64,000 bases of DNA from Lama glama (GCA_028534125.1 CM052832.1:21082001-21146000), one strand, 5' to 3'; positions 38,401-51,059 are shown, counted from the first letter of the stretch. The notes: generated by a model from the letters alone, not told the origin. Numbers and translations are program-made.

Positions 38401-39184
38401 TAGTCAGCCAGACCAAAACATCAAGACATTCAGAGGGAGGGAAGGAAGCAGATTCTCCAAAAACAGGACCAGGTCTTGTACCAAACCTTAAAGAAGAGGG
38501 GCTCCAGCTCTATTCATAATAAAACAGCAGAGTAAGTCTTGACTAGAAGATGCCCTGGTGGGCAGGCTTCCACACATCTTCAGGACACTCAAACTTATGC
38601 ATGATGCCTGCCAGCTCAGAGAGGCTGGGAAGGGAGGTGCCTCTCCGTGAATATGGAGAGCAGTTAGGGAGCGAAAGTCCTGCCATGATGGAACATGCGC
38701 AGAGGAAGGCAATGGAACAATCCACAGCAGATTCCTCCTTGAAAAGAATGGAGGCCAGTGCAAGCTGCAGACTTTCATGCAGCCCAGAGAGTGCTTGTCT
38801 TGTCGCTGTGTGTGGACCTGTAAAGACATAATGTATTTTGTCCTTTAGGGGTGATTTTAGCTTCGGATTTTTCTATTTGAAGTATTTTATGTGCCGTATC
38901 TAATTCGCATAAAAAGACCCCCTCTGAAGGCTTGTGGAATTCTTTAAATAAATTAAATAAATAAATATTAAATGTCTTCTCTAACTCTAACTTAATTATG
39001 AGAACTGACAAGTTTTCCTGCACTTTTTTAAAGGAAACTCCTTGAATAATTTATGACACATCCAATACTGCCAAGCCACTCATACAAGTAAATGGAATCT
39101 AGATGTTTTGGCTTGGAAAGATGCTCATACTGTATGAATATGTGGGGGAGGAACAAGCAACACAAAAAGAAGTGTGGCCACCCT

Positions 39185-39260
39185 CACACACCTGGTAGCT
39201 TACCTGGGAAGTAGGTATAAAACATTAAAGGATGAATGAGTGAATGAATGAATGAATGAT
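39185..39260 (+). mobile_element. L2 tail with (GAAT)n
   Basis: agtaggtataaaacatt followed by gaatgagtgaatgaatgaatgaatga. Confidence 0.5.
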
Positions 39261-40189
39261 AAATGCTCTAGGTGGCTGCTTTATAAACTGAACTGTGTGA
39301 ACAATTTCAAGTTTCAGATTGCAAGCCTTCCCAAACAAGTTTAACCTGCTCAGCGGGTCTAAGAGTCTATTTCTTCTCAATTGGCAAAAAGAATCTCAAT
39401 TTTTGACTTGTTCTACTGATGACAACAACAAAAACAGGATAGCTAGGCTCTTTTGTGTTTCTTTTTTCCCTCTCTGACCCCTCTACACTCTAATTCTCTG
39501 CCAACTTTCCAAATACACTAATTTTCAAAACTCAGGAGAAGAATTTATTCAGACCAGGACATTCAAGAACAAAACCAAGAAGAATTTTGTCTTGCTTCTT
39601 TCTAGGGATTTAAAACAGTCCTGACCCCCTAGCCCAGAGGAACTCAAAAATCACAGTTTTACATCATTTCTATTACAGTCCCTAAAGGAATTCTTATGAA
39701 AAGAGGAAAATAAATAACTTTTAAGCGAGTTCCTCTGAGTTGGGGTGAGGAGGCAGATGGACAATCCTTATTTCTCTCATCATCAATCAGATCTTGCAGC
39801 ACGTCTAACAAGATAAATTGTCACAAAATAGCAAAAGTGTTTCCCTTCAATAAAGGTGCTGGCTATGAACAAATAAAATATTTACAGGGTCTTAAAAATG
39901 CGTATTATTCCTATTTCTGCTCTCTTAGCAGGCAACAATTTTGACACACTTATTCTCCATTATCAGAACAATAAGCGCCCATCTGAACAACTAACACGAG
40001 GTCCTTTGCCAATATTTAGTGAATAAATTATTCTGGATCGTTTTACACTAGAATTATGCCAACATCATTGATCATTTCTTCATTTTGCCCTCTCTTTCAT
40101 TCAAATAAGTACAATTTTACTTAGAAAAACTCTTAGTTTCAATGTTTACCAATCTTCTCAAAGGTATTTTATTTTAAAACAAGCCCTTT

Positions 40190-40713
40190 CTTTTTTTTCT
40201 TTATTTTTTTATTGAAGCGTAGTTGATTTACAATGTTAGTTTCAGGTAGGCAGCAACGTGATTTAGTTATACATATACAGACATATATATTTTCTTTTCA
40301 GATTCTTCTCTATTAGATGTTATTATAAGAAATTGAATACAGTTCCCTGTGCTATATGGTAAGTCCTTGTTTATCTATTTTATATATAGTCATATGTGCC
40401 TGTTAGTCCCCAGTCCCTAATTTATCCCTCCACACCCTTTCCCCTTTGGTAACTATAATTTGTTTTCTATGTCCGTGAGTCTATTTCTGTCTTATAAATA
40501 GAATTTGCATCTTTTTTTTTAGATTCCACATATAAATGATATCATATGATATTTGTCTTTCTTTGTCTGACTTACTTCACTCAATATAGTAATCTCTAAG
40601 TCCATCCACGGTGCTGCAAATGGCATTGTTTCATTTTATGGCTGAGTAGTATTCCACTGTATACATATACCACTCCTTCTTTATCCAGTCATCTGTTGAT
40701 AGACATTTAGGTT
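40190..40713 (-). mobile_element. Young cetartiodactyl-type L1 3' end
   Basis: Poly-T start, ttgaatacagttccctgtgctatat, agattccacatataaatgatatcatatg. Reverse-complement similar to 30400-30910. Confidence 0.93.
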
Positions 40714-40774
40714 CAAGTTCTTTATTACACTAAACTGAACTCTGCAAGAACCCATGGTTTTAGGGCTGCCTCAC

Positions 40775-41105
40775 TTCTAGCTATTCTGGATCCTACTCAT
40801 CCTTCAAGAACTAACTAAAATTATACCTTACTCCCTAACAATGCTCCCTCACCTTGAGCAGGCATTGGGGGGAAATTCCTCTTCCATTGTTGTTATTTAC
40901 AATTTTGGCACTTAACAATAAACTCTTTCATCTGTAAATTTAATGCTTCAACTAGCCCAGGATTGTCTCTCTGTTGGACTGTAGTTTCCATAGTTCCTGG
41001 AAGGTGCAATTTTGCCATACTTTTTTACTTTCTCTCGTTACCACATACCCAGCCTCCAGCCAAAATTTCTTGAATGAATAACTGAATGACAAACATGAAT
41101 GACAG
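40775..41105 (+). mobile_element. Degenerate L2 3' fragment
   Basis: tcctactcatccttcaaga...ttgaatgaataactgaatga. Confidence 0.5.
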
Positions 41106-42095
41106 CACTCCATGTCTTTTGAAAATGAGCTTTGGAATTAACCATCCACGTGTTAAGGTGATTCTCCTACAGATGTTCTAAAGCCCCTTTAAGTTATCCA
41201 GCTAATTAAAAGGAGCAATGCCTAGAATGTTAAAATAACAATAAACACAAAAGATAGTGTTTTTATGATGCATCTTAATGTAGTACATTTGGAAACCTGA
41301 CTTAAAGAAATACAACCCAGTAACACCGGTAGTGTACAGCAGGCTTTGGGTTTTGTATTTTCAAGAGTTCCACAATTGAAGGTAATACAACTTAATGCAA
41401 TATATACTTAACTATGTATGAAAAACTATACATCTCCTTGAAGTATCACAAGAAGTCCCAAATAGAGCCTTTTGACCCAAACAGATGAGGAGCTGCTTTG
41501 ATTTTTCCCTGGCCCGAGTGAGGCTACCATATTCTAGGCCTTCCTGACAGGTGGCCATGCGATGTTTACAGTTGTGCTTCCATATTGATCTCCTCAGTCC
41601 TGGGTTGGCTGGATGGAGCCTGGATGGCCAGAGACTTCGGAACAGCTGGGGCCCCAGACCAGTCATCATTGGCCATGTGCAACTTTATCCGTTGACTCTG
41701 GCATGTGTGCCTTACAATATCTTATGGGCCACAATGTGGAAAAGCACGAGAAGCAATCAAGATGACTCTTACTTTGCCACTGGGTTGGTGAGTACCAATG
41801 CCTTCCTGCCTTGGCACAGATGGCCAGAGTAATCAAAGCCTGCCATAATATGAAACAAACAAAAAAATCTATAGATAAGCTCCAAGATAGAGAAACACAG
41901 AGAGAAAGATAGCTAATGAGCTGAGAAGTTGGCAGTATTTTGCATGACAAGTGTATTTGTTGTGGGGAAAACAAGAATTACTGAACTGCCGTTATTTAGG
42001 AAAACATCTTTATGAGTCACTTGGGGGCAAGGGAGGCAGGAGAGAGAGGAGACAGTGTAGCTAAACCTCTCTATGCAACAATTTTATGGAAATTT

Positions 42096-42121
42096 GAGAG
42101 AGAGAGAGAAAGAGAGAGAGA
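42096..42121. repeat. (GA)n microsatellite, interrupted
   Basis: gagagagagagagaaagagagagag. Confidence 0.85.
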
Positions 42122-42845
42122 ACAAAGGATCAGCAACCTGAAAAATCCCAGTCTATGGAGAAAGGATGGCCAGTAAGACACTGACAGACAGGGATGTTTG
42201 CTATCAGTTTTAAATTACTGCTATTACTATGATTCTAAACCCTCTTTCAGTAAAAAAAAAACCTCTACATTCATAATGCAGGGTGTGATTTTTTTCCTGT
42301 GAAAATCATGGAAAGAAATTTTAGGCTCATGTCTGATTTTGTGCGAGAAAAGGAGACACATAAATGAAACTAAGAACTCAGTTGGAAAAAGAGCTTAAAA
42401 CAACCAATGGCCAAAAGATCCCTAGAAATTCAAAGAAATCTTGATAAGGGATGGTGAGGGAAGTGAGTTCAAACTTTTCAAAACCTATGGAATGAAGATA
42501 TGAGGAAATTTTGACTAAATGTTACGAGGCAAGTCAACAGCTACTTTCTGGGAGATACAGGGTAATAGAGATGATATAAATGAACAGGCAGAAGAGACGT
42601 GGTTGGCAGTGTATAATGTTCCTACTATGAATATAACAGTGCACGTTGTAAAAATGAGGCTTCAACCTCCTTTTAAATAGGTTCCCTTGTAACTTCAAAT
42701 TTTAAAAAATCCTAAATGTCAGATGTGCCATTTTTGTATGTATCTGCTATAAGGTCACCCATCACCCAGACACTGACCCCCAGAGTTCCATAAGAAACCC
42801 ATACTGCTGAGTTTTCATGTCTACTAACATAGTAACAAATGTATG

Positions 42846-43067
42846 CAAGCTGACCCGTGAATAGCATGAGTTAGAACTGCACAAGTCCACATATGTGCAA
42901 TTTTTTTCAATAAACACACAGATTACTCCACAAACTGTTGATGGTTGAATCTGTGGACCCAGAACCAAGGATACTGGAGGGACAACTATGAGACAGGAGC
43001 ATCCATGGATTTTAGAATCTGTGACCAGACCTGGAACCAATCCCTGGAGTATACCAAGGGATGACTA
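42846..43067 (+). mobile_element. TcMar-Tigger MITE (Tigger2/MER2-like)
   Basis: Similar to the copy at 49979-50260: gctgacccgtgaatagcatgag...gagcatccatggatttt...ataccaagggatgacta. Confidence 0.85.
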
Positions 43068-43309
43068 TATACATTTTTGTTTGCCAAAGATGTAATATTT
43101 TCATAAAATTATCCCATTATTCATAATGGAAACTCTAAATGGCTCTGCCTTCATGCACATAGGGTTAATGTATAATTTCCCCTTCTCACCTAATTATGAA
43201 GTTACTATTAGTGACCTGTATACTCTGAGTTACATTTCCAATCATGACAGATGTATCTGGGGCTGAATTGTCACTTTTTCTCAATGTAAACCATTGTGTT
43301 CAATGAGTG

Positions 43310-43560
43310 GCCTGCAGCAGGCAACTGGGCAAAGAAAAAGCCACAATTTCCAGTCTAGTCTTTGATCCCTAACTAAGCCCATCACACAACCGAGATGGCT
43401 TTGTTCTTAATCTTGAAGGTGTGGGTTTGTTTACAAACACACTTAGCTCATCCACTGGTTCATCATGGCTTTAATAGAGACTGAACTTCTTCCGGGGTTT
43501 AAAACCGAGATAAAAACCAATCAGGGTGTTTTCCAAAACCAAATTATAATTTTGCATAAA
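43310..43560. promoter_or_regulatory. Candidate enhancer block
   Basis: CTTTGAT 43360, TGTTTAC 43428, CTTCCGG 43489, AGATAA 43508, CCAATCA 43517 and TTTGCAT 43551 in repeat-free DNA. Confidence 0.3.
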
Positions 43561-44714
43561 TGAAGAAAATGTTGACTAGAATAAAATATTTATAAATACC
43601 TGTATTTTTTAGGGTTCTCAAAAAAAAATCTTTTGTTAAATTAATCTATCATCTGATCCTGCTAAACTCAACCATGGCTGATGGTGGCAAAAGCTAGCAG
43701 TGAAGTAGTTAAAAGGCTCTCCTTCTGTTTAATCATGGTTAAAATGAATTCCAGTACGCAAACTTAGTGTGCTCATGGATCTTTGGAAGAATTCACAGGT
43801 CTAAGAACTTCTAATTCCTAACTGACACAGTAGCTTATAATTGCATTTTCATAGGGTTTAGTAAAAACATTCAGCTTCCTTTTTTTTTTTTAAAGAAAGG
43901 CCTATAATATGAATGTATGATTAAAGAAATCACTTGAGATCTATTTGGAACACACTTTTTCTTTCTGACAAATCACTCATCCTCACATTTGGATAACACA
44001 AGGGTGATTTTTTAAAGCACTGATGCACTTGAAAACTTTTCCAAAGCTAAGAAATACATGTCCTTTGTGGTAACATGTTTCTTCTTAAATAAATATGTCA
44101 GTTATATACTGGATATACCAGATTCCATAGCTTTTCAGGTTTTTTCTTACACACCTTATATTGTACTAAATCTGGCACCTGCATGCAGAAGAACAGAAGC
44201 CATCTTGAAAAGTAAAAGAAACAAATGACTTTCATAGGAAAAAAGAATTCTGGAACACAGTTTCACTGAAAACAACAGCTATGGGCAGAAAAAAAAATGA
44301 CAAAACATATAGCAGCTCATTACAGGTTCAGAGGATATTGGATAAGGCAAATTTAATTTGCCCACCTTCACCAAATATGCTGAAGGATGTCTGACGAACA
44401 CAATAGACAAGGTAGGTTCTATGCAATTTTAAAACTCTCAAGTTCTATCACCTTCAGTCAATGCTTCTAAACAGAAGCAAGAAGCTGCATTTACTGAAAG
44501 TTTACCCAGACAGAGATTAAAAGGAATACAGATAACGGGGAACCAAACTATTGGTTACTATGGCATCAAATGCTCAAAGCCACAGTTTTGAGTCACCGAC
44601 ACGCCAAAAGGTAGTAAAGTATATTATCTTTATGTTTACCTTGCCACATTCCCCAAGAGTTTGAGCTAGCTACACTGCTCTATGACCATCATAAAGCCAT
44701 ATATTTCCTGTGGT

Positions 44715-44852
44715 GGGGAGGGTACAGCTCAGTGGTAGAGTGTGTGCTCAGCATGCACAACATTCTGGTTTCAATCCCTGGTACCTCCACTAAAAATAAT
44801 ATATAAGTAAAGCTAATTACCTCCTCCCGTCAAATAAATAAATACAATTTTA
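44715..44852 (+). mobile_element. Camelid Vic-1-type tRNA-derived SINE
   Basis: ggggagggtacagctcagtggtagag (A box)...ggtttcaatccc (B box)...ctaattacctcctccc plus an (aaat)n tail. Confidence 0.9.
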
Positions 44853-44870
44853 AAAGCCTCTGCATTAAAA

Positions 44871-44892
44871 AGAAGAAGAAGAAGAAGAAGAA
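44871..44892. repeat. (GAA)7 microsatellite
   Basis: agaagaagaagaagaagaagaa. Confidence 0.9.
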
Positions 44893-45549
44893 TTACCAAA
44901 GACCTTAAATGCTTTGGTCCATCCATTTGTTTCCTGGCGAATATTGCTATGCCTCCATTACAGAAAACTCAGTCCTGGGGCATACAGGTAACTTTCACCC
45001 TTTGTAAGTGCTGCCCTCTCCCTGCATCCCCACCACTCGGCCCCTACCACTCAGCCAACTCCAATGCCATCATCCATCTGTGTTTCACTCTCCACCGTAA
45101 TGCCCACCGGACGAATGGTTCAGTGTCACTCAACACGCATAGGGGCAACTGTGCCTGGGGGACCAAGAGAGAATAAAGAAGCAAAAATGACCCCTGCACT
45201 TAGGAAGGTGACTGGGAAATTTTTTTTAATGGTATAACATTGACAGAGAAACAGACCAGGAATTCATAACGGAGTACCAGTGGAATTCGGAAGAGTGCTC
45301 AGGACATGCAGAACAAAGCAGTGGCCGGGATCAAGTGCTTCTGACCAGGGAAGGGCTTCCGGGCCAGAGATTTGTCGGCAAAGCAAGGAAAGGCACTCGC
45401 GGAGTGAGGGAAGGCTTGTGCGAGGGTGGGATCCAGGAAAACTGAATTTTCCAGACATAGTTTAAAGAGCTCACATAACCATGACACTGTTACAATCCCT
45501 CCAGCTGGCAGGCAGCCCCCAAACTGACCTTCAGGAGCACCGATATTCA

Positions 45550-45905
45550 ACCATCCCCATGCGTCCCAGGGTGTTAGACTCCAATCCTCACCCCTCATCC
45601 CAGCCTACGAGGCCCTAGTGACCTGTCCTGCCCTTCCCCCACTGCTCAGCAGTCACACCAGCCTTCTTGGGGCTCCTTATACTCAATTCCTTCTTGTCTT
45701 GAGCCCTTGCTCTGCCTGCTCCCCCCACGTCCAATGCCCTTCCCCTGATCTTCAGAGGACAAGCTCCTTCCTGTGATTCAGATCCCACTTCAGAGGAAGT
45801 CTCTTCGGAGGCACCTCACCCAACCTCCCAACCAGCAACACCCATCCTGGGGCCTCTGCATCACCCTCCTAAATTCTCTGCGGGGCAACATCTGATGTTT
45901 TTCTT
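45550..45905 (+). mobile_element. L2 fragment
   Basis: ggccctagtgacctgtcctgcc...cagtcacaccagccttctt...aatgcccttcccctgatcttca. Confidence 0.7.
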
Positions 45906-45931
45906 CACTATCATTTTTTTATTATTGAAAA

Positions 45932-46590
45932 CAGTAGAGTCCAACTGCATTAGTCATAGATTTTTGTATTTACAAGCTTGTCTCACTGGCTAAAATTTCT
46001 TTGTAATCCCCAGATCAACACTCTTGGTGCTTTCACATTCATTGGTGGACCAGCAGAGAGCAGCAAAAATTTTGAGATGCTCAAGGCACACATTCCCAGG
46101 TCGGGGTCCAACAGGATGAAGTGCTACTGACCAGGAAAGGATTCCTCATTTCAAATCTCCTACAGCAGACAGATGTCCTTCCTTTGGTTTATATGGTGCT
46201 CATTTTTCATGTTTTTGTGCTTTTGTTGGTGACTCCACTGTTAAGGATGGTGCTGAAGTGCTGCCCAGCGTCCCTGTGCACAGGAAGGCTATGGTGTGCT
46301 TAGGGAGAAAATTCTTGTGTTAGATACGCTTCTTACAGGCATGAGTTACAGGGTGTTGGCTGTGAGTTCAATGTTAATCAATCAACAATATATATTAAAT
46401 CAAGCGTCTTTAAACAGAAACACACATAAAACAAGGTTATGTGTTATTCAGTTGACAAAAATGTAGTGACCAGAGGCTCATAGGAACCTAACCCTGTCTT
46501 TCCCCTAGGAGTAATGGTTCCATATTTGCAAATTCAGTGTTCACAGTGATTTCATAAGGTATAATTACCATAAATAAAAAGAACTGAATA
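45932..46590 (+). mobile_element. MER82-like TcMar-Tigger element
   Basis: gctaaaatttctttgtaatccccagatcaa...ggctgtgagttcaatgttaatcaatcaacaatatatattaaat...ggaacctaaccctgt. About 650 bp. Confidence 0.8.
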
Positions 46591-46603
46591 CATGTATTTA
46601 TTT

Positions 46604-46746
46604 GGGGGGGCGGTTCTGGGGATGGGGGGAATTGGGTTTATTTATTTTGTATTGATTTATTTCTTTTAATGGATGTTCTGGGGATTGAACCCAGGACCTC
46701 ACGCATGCTAAGCACACATTTTACCACTGAGATATACCCTCCCTCC
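46604..46746 (-). mobile_element. Camelid Vic-1-type SINE with near-perfect 12-bp TSD
   Basis: The - strand reads gggagggtatatctcagtggtaaaatgtgtgcttagcatgcgtgaggtcctgggttcaatcccc. TSD copies are atgtatttattt (46592) and atgcatttattt (46749). Confidence 0.9.
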
Positions 46747-47224
46747 AAATGCATTTATTTTTACTGTAGTATTTGGGGAGTTCTCCAAAGAAAGACATTT
46801 TGGTGAACTAGTCTATTTTGCTCCCGCTAAACCAGACAACACTTAGTGGTAATAAAAGTAGCAGAGAAATGGTTAAGAGGTCTACTTTTATTCTTAATTA
46901 GGTTTCAAATAAACCTCTGCATACAGATGAAGTGGGTTTACACAGCTCTGGCATAATTTATTTTCCCCTGTAAGGAGGAACCATGTCTATCTTGTACAGG
47001 GCTACGGATCACTGTGCCTAGTGCAAAGTGGACTCGTTCAAAACCTCATGAATGACTGAAGTGCTCATTTCATGCCAAACAAAAAATCCTATTTCTTATA
47101 CTCATTTCTCTTGCAAAAATATGTACCAAGTCTGAGGTACTAAATCTTTGCCCCCACTTAACTTCAATGGGATAAAAAATTTGAATGAATTATGTCATAG
47201 TAAAAAGATTGAGAATTTCAACAA

Positions 47225-47430
47225 CAGAGACCTGGAGTTAACTCTAACTTAACAATTTGCATGAGGCTGGATGGTAATTTTCCTTCCCTTCTCAGAGCCT
47301 CAATTTTCTTGTATGTAAAATAGGAATAATACTGCCTCCAGCACACGACTGTGACAAACAGTTGTGAAAATGGATACACAGTCTCCAGGACATTGCCTCA
47401 CACATACAGATACTGAATAAATACCATCCA
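47225..47430 (+). mobile_element. MIR SINE
   Basis: ctcagagcctcaattttcttgtatgtaaaataggaataata. Confidence 0.7.
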
Positions 47431-47718
47431 TTGAAGCCTACGTGGAGTCATGAGTCATGCACAGCACCAGGGCCAGAGCAAAAGGAATGAAGTGTCATTT
47501 GACAAGACAGAAAGAAGAGGGTTGGGTGGCCTCCTTCATCCAGGCCAATTTTTATTTTCAAATCTTCACTGATGACCCCTCAGCTCCGCCTTTACAAGGG
47601 ACCCCTGTCTGCAGGAGTTGGCAGCTCCCCTGAGGAACGTCACAGAAGTTACACCCATTAGAACCCACCTTCTGTCTTACCCAAGGAACTAGAAAAATCA
47701 GTGAGAATTCACAGCCTA

Positions 47719-47807
47719 CTTTTTTTTTAATTTTGTATTTCTTTTTTGTTTAATTGTGGTAAAATATATATAACATAAAATTTTCCATTTTAAACATTTT
47801 AAAGTAT
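47719..47807 (-). mobile_element. Very short L1MB-like 3' end
   Basis: tttaattgtggtaaaatatatataacataaaattttccattttaaacattttaaagt. Confidence 0.75.
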
Positions 47808-49842
47808 CCTCTCTTTCTTAAGCAATCACTGACAGGGGCTGCCCAAAGACATGGAAGCATGAGATTCGGCCTTCAGAATCCGATGAGACTGGATATAATG
47901 CCCCCAGGCATAGATTTATGACTCCTATGCCCCATCCCACCACTGTCCACTGAATGCAGCACTTGAGAAATAGACATTCTCCTGAAACTTAGCCTGTCCT
48001 TCTCATTCCTGAAACTTTAGTTACTTTCTGAATTAAGGGACCTGAGAGTCAAAAGAAAAAATTGTATGAATGGTTCTGCCAGATCAGTAGTCGACCACCA
48101 ACACATTTTTTGAGTTAAATCTCCACTTTACATGATCTACCTAGATTTCCTAGTCAGCATGATTGAAATGAGTTCTTTAATTTCTCCGTGACTATTTATT
48201 TTTCCATTAAGGGAAAGAGTTGGATGATGTCTAAGACCCACTGTAGGTCTTACACATTAGAATTCTGTTATTAAAATCACAAGAACTATTATATACCATG
48301 CTATCTATGCACAGAGTGAAATGCTGCTTTAGGAAGTACAGACCAAAAAAGCTGTATGCTTATGATATTACACATTCCCAAACAAAGCATCTCCAGCAGT
48401 ATATAACTGCCACTGCAGTAGTTGCCAGAAAAACAAACACCACTCAAGTGACCTCACACAACCTCATTTTATAAACACTACAAGGAGTCCTCTACACTAA
48501 GATGTTTAAAGCAGCAAGACTTCGGTTGACTGATAAAGCTTTCTCGAGTCATTTCAGTTACTTTTTTTAAAAAAAAAGACAAAAGAGGTTTGCTCAGCTC
48601 ACTGGCAGATTATCACAGGAAAGTTGAGCAACAAGCCTCCTTTTATTGGATGAATGAAACAAGACGCGGCTTTGGGTGGTCTCTTGCACGAGACCCTTGA
48701 TGTGAGAATAACTCGGTCGCGGACCTGATGAGCTGCACACAGAACTTCCTTTAAGTTCCACTCTTTACATGTTTCCCATTACCTGTTTCACATAGCCCTT
48801 CAAAGGTATCATGTTCAACTGTTTGGTGTTTTCTAGCATATTTGTCTGGTTCTGTGGCATTTCAAGAGCCACCTTATTAGCAAACAACGTCACCCACTGA
48901 ATGTGGCACAGTATTACAAACTCATACTCCATAATTTTCACGATATGATTAATGTCCAAACCCATTCAGTCAGAAACATTGTATTCCAGGTATCTACTAG
49001 ACAGCTGGCAATTTCAGAAGAGAAAGGAATCTTCCACTTGTCCACATGATAAAAACACTGCCAAGATTTTACTCTATTGGATTTTTGCTTATATGTGTGA
49101 AGTATTAAATAGGACAAGACAAGAAGAGGAAGAGAAGGGGGAATAAGGGGAGGAAGAAGAAAGAAAATAAGAAAAACAAAAAATAAATTAGATGATAGAT
49201 TTAAACCCAATCATATCAGCAATTATATTTAATACAAATGTGCTAAACATTCCAATTTAAAAGGGCATCTAAGAAAAATTTACAAGTAATATACTTAATT
49301 ATGAAAGACTTAATGCTTTCTTCTAAATTCATCTACTTTAAATTAATATTTATTCATCGAAAGTGTTCATAGGAAAGTGAATTAACAAGCCACAAACTGG
49401 GAAAAGATACCTTTAAAGCACATAAACACTAGTAGCTAGAATATATAAAGAGCTCCTGCAAAGAGAAACTACAGACCAATAGAAAAAGCGACAAAAGATA
49501 CAAATACGCACTTCACAGAAAAGAAATACAAATGGCCAATAATATATGGCAAGATACACAATCTCATTAATTATCCAAAAGCCCAAAATAAAATCATGAG
49601 AAGCCACTTTATTCTCACAAAAATACCAAAGGTGAGTTAGCGAGGATGTTTAATATCAGGAATACCCACACACTACTCATGAGTGTTGGTTACTTCCTAG
49701 AAAAGACATCAGCATCATCTACTAAGGTTGAACATAGGCATACCCTGGAACCCAGTCATCTTGCTTGGGAATAAAGCTCAGAGAAATACTTGCTCTGGCT
49801 AACTGGATACGTGTGCAAGCATGTCCATAGCAATAAACAACC

Positions 49843-50557
49843 TGTCTTAGTTTAGCTTCTCCTAGAAGCAGACTCTGGGGTAAGGATTAAAGTTACTTTG
49901 AAGGAAAAATAAACAAGAAGACAGGTAGATGTGTGGAGAAGTAACATATGGAAGGAAAGGCAGCCAGTAAAGAGTATACAGTTGACCCTTGAACAACATG
50001 GGTTTCAACTGCAGGGGTCCACTTATACATGGATTTTTTTCAATAAATACAGTTGGTCTTTCAAATTTGAAGGTTTTGCATCCATGGAGTCAACCATAAA
50101 ATTTCCACCCATGACTGGCTGAATCTAGGGATGCAATGCCCACAAATACAGAGGACCTACTGTACTATGTCATTTTACATTAGGGACTTGAGCATCCATG
50201 GATTTTGATACACACGAGGGCTCCTGGAAACAATCTCCTGTGGATACCAAGGAACGACTGTATTATTATACCAGGTGCTACATGGATCACTGGAGTATCA
50301 CCTCATGGGTAAACTATGGGGATGGGAGTGATCTGAGGGAGGGGAGGTATTTATACCCCAATTCTCAAACATCACTGGTGGAGAGCTACTCCCATGGGCA
50401 CATCAGGCCTGTTACATTGTGCACTCGCTGCACATCCCTGCAGATAGTGCAGAGAAACTTCCTCAGGCATAGATGCAGGCAACAGCATTTGGAAACTGGT
50501 GAGAGCACCGAGAAAGATCCAAGGGTCATGGGTGAGGCACTGACAGAATTTGCTGCA
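49843..50557 (-). mobile_element. LTR33-like ERVL solo LTR
   Basis: TG...CA ends (tgtcttagtttagcttctcctagaagcagactctg ... ggcactgacagaatttgctgca) and a 5-bp TSD caacc / caact. Confidence 0.7.
49979..50260 (+). mobile_element. TcMar-Tigger MITE (Tigger2/MER2-like) with TA TSD
   Basis: ta|cagttgacccttgaacaacatggg...ataccaaggaacgactg|ta with imperfect TIRs. Confidence 0.92.
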
Positions 50558-51059
50558 CAACTGAAACCCAAATGTCCATCGACAGGAAATGGGTAAATTG
50601 TGGTAACATTCATTCAAAGTAAAACTCTAGAGAAGTGAAACCAAATGTACTACAGGTGCACACGTAGCAAAACATAAAATGTTAACTGAAAAAAGTAACT
50701 TGCTATAAAAGAAGGGCAATACAGTTCTAAATATTTGAAGATTTAAAACATACCAAAAAAAACAATTATTATTTAGGGGCACACACATGTGTGGTGAAAT
50801 TATAAAGGAACCCAAGAAAAGGACACCAACAAAATCCAGGATACTGAATTATTGAAAATATTTTGAGAACTTAGTGTGTTTATAATAATCACAGTAACTT
50901 TTTTTTTTTGGAAGAAAAATTTTAACTGAAAAGGAAAAAAAAAACTGCACCGGGGCAGAAGTGAGGAGACACGACTGAGAGATGAAACAAAGTGGGTGAT
51001 GCTCTGCTAAGCTGGATGGCGGACACACAGGTAGGCATTTTATTATTTTTTTACAGAAA

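Larger units (their letters stand above)
49150..51040 (+). mobile_element. Fragmented old L1ME-like element interrupted by an LTR
   Basis: Decayed ORF2-end tracts (cacttcacagaaaagaaatacaaatggccaataa; aaacccaaatgtccatcgacagga) lie on both sides of 49843-50557. Confidence 0.75.

Noticed and set aside
44715..44790. tRNA-like sequence with A and B boxes (also 46670-46746)
   Set aside because: These are SINE heads. They have diverged stems, a SINE body and an A-rich tail, and are not functional tRNA genes.
48650..48740. GAAA...CTGATGA in the order of a type II hammerhead ribozyme
   Set aside because: Stem II cannot form (gaat vs gctg), stem III ends in GCA rather than NUH, and stem I does not abut the core.
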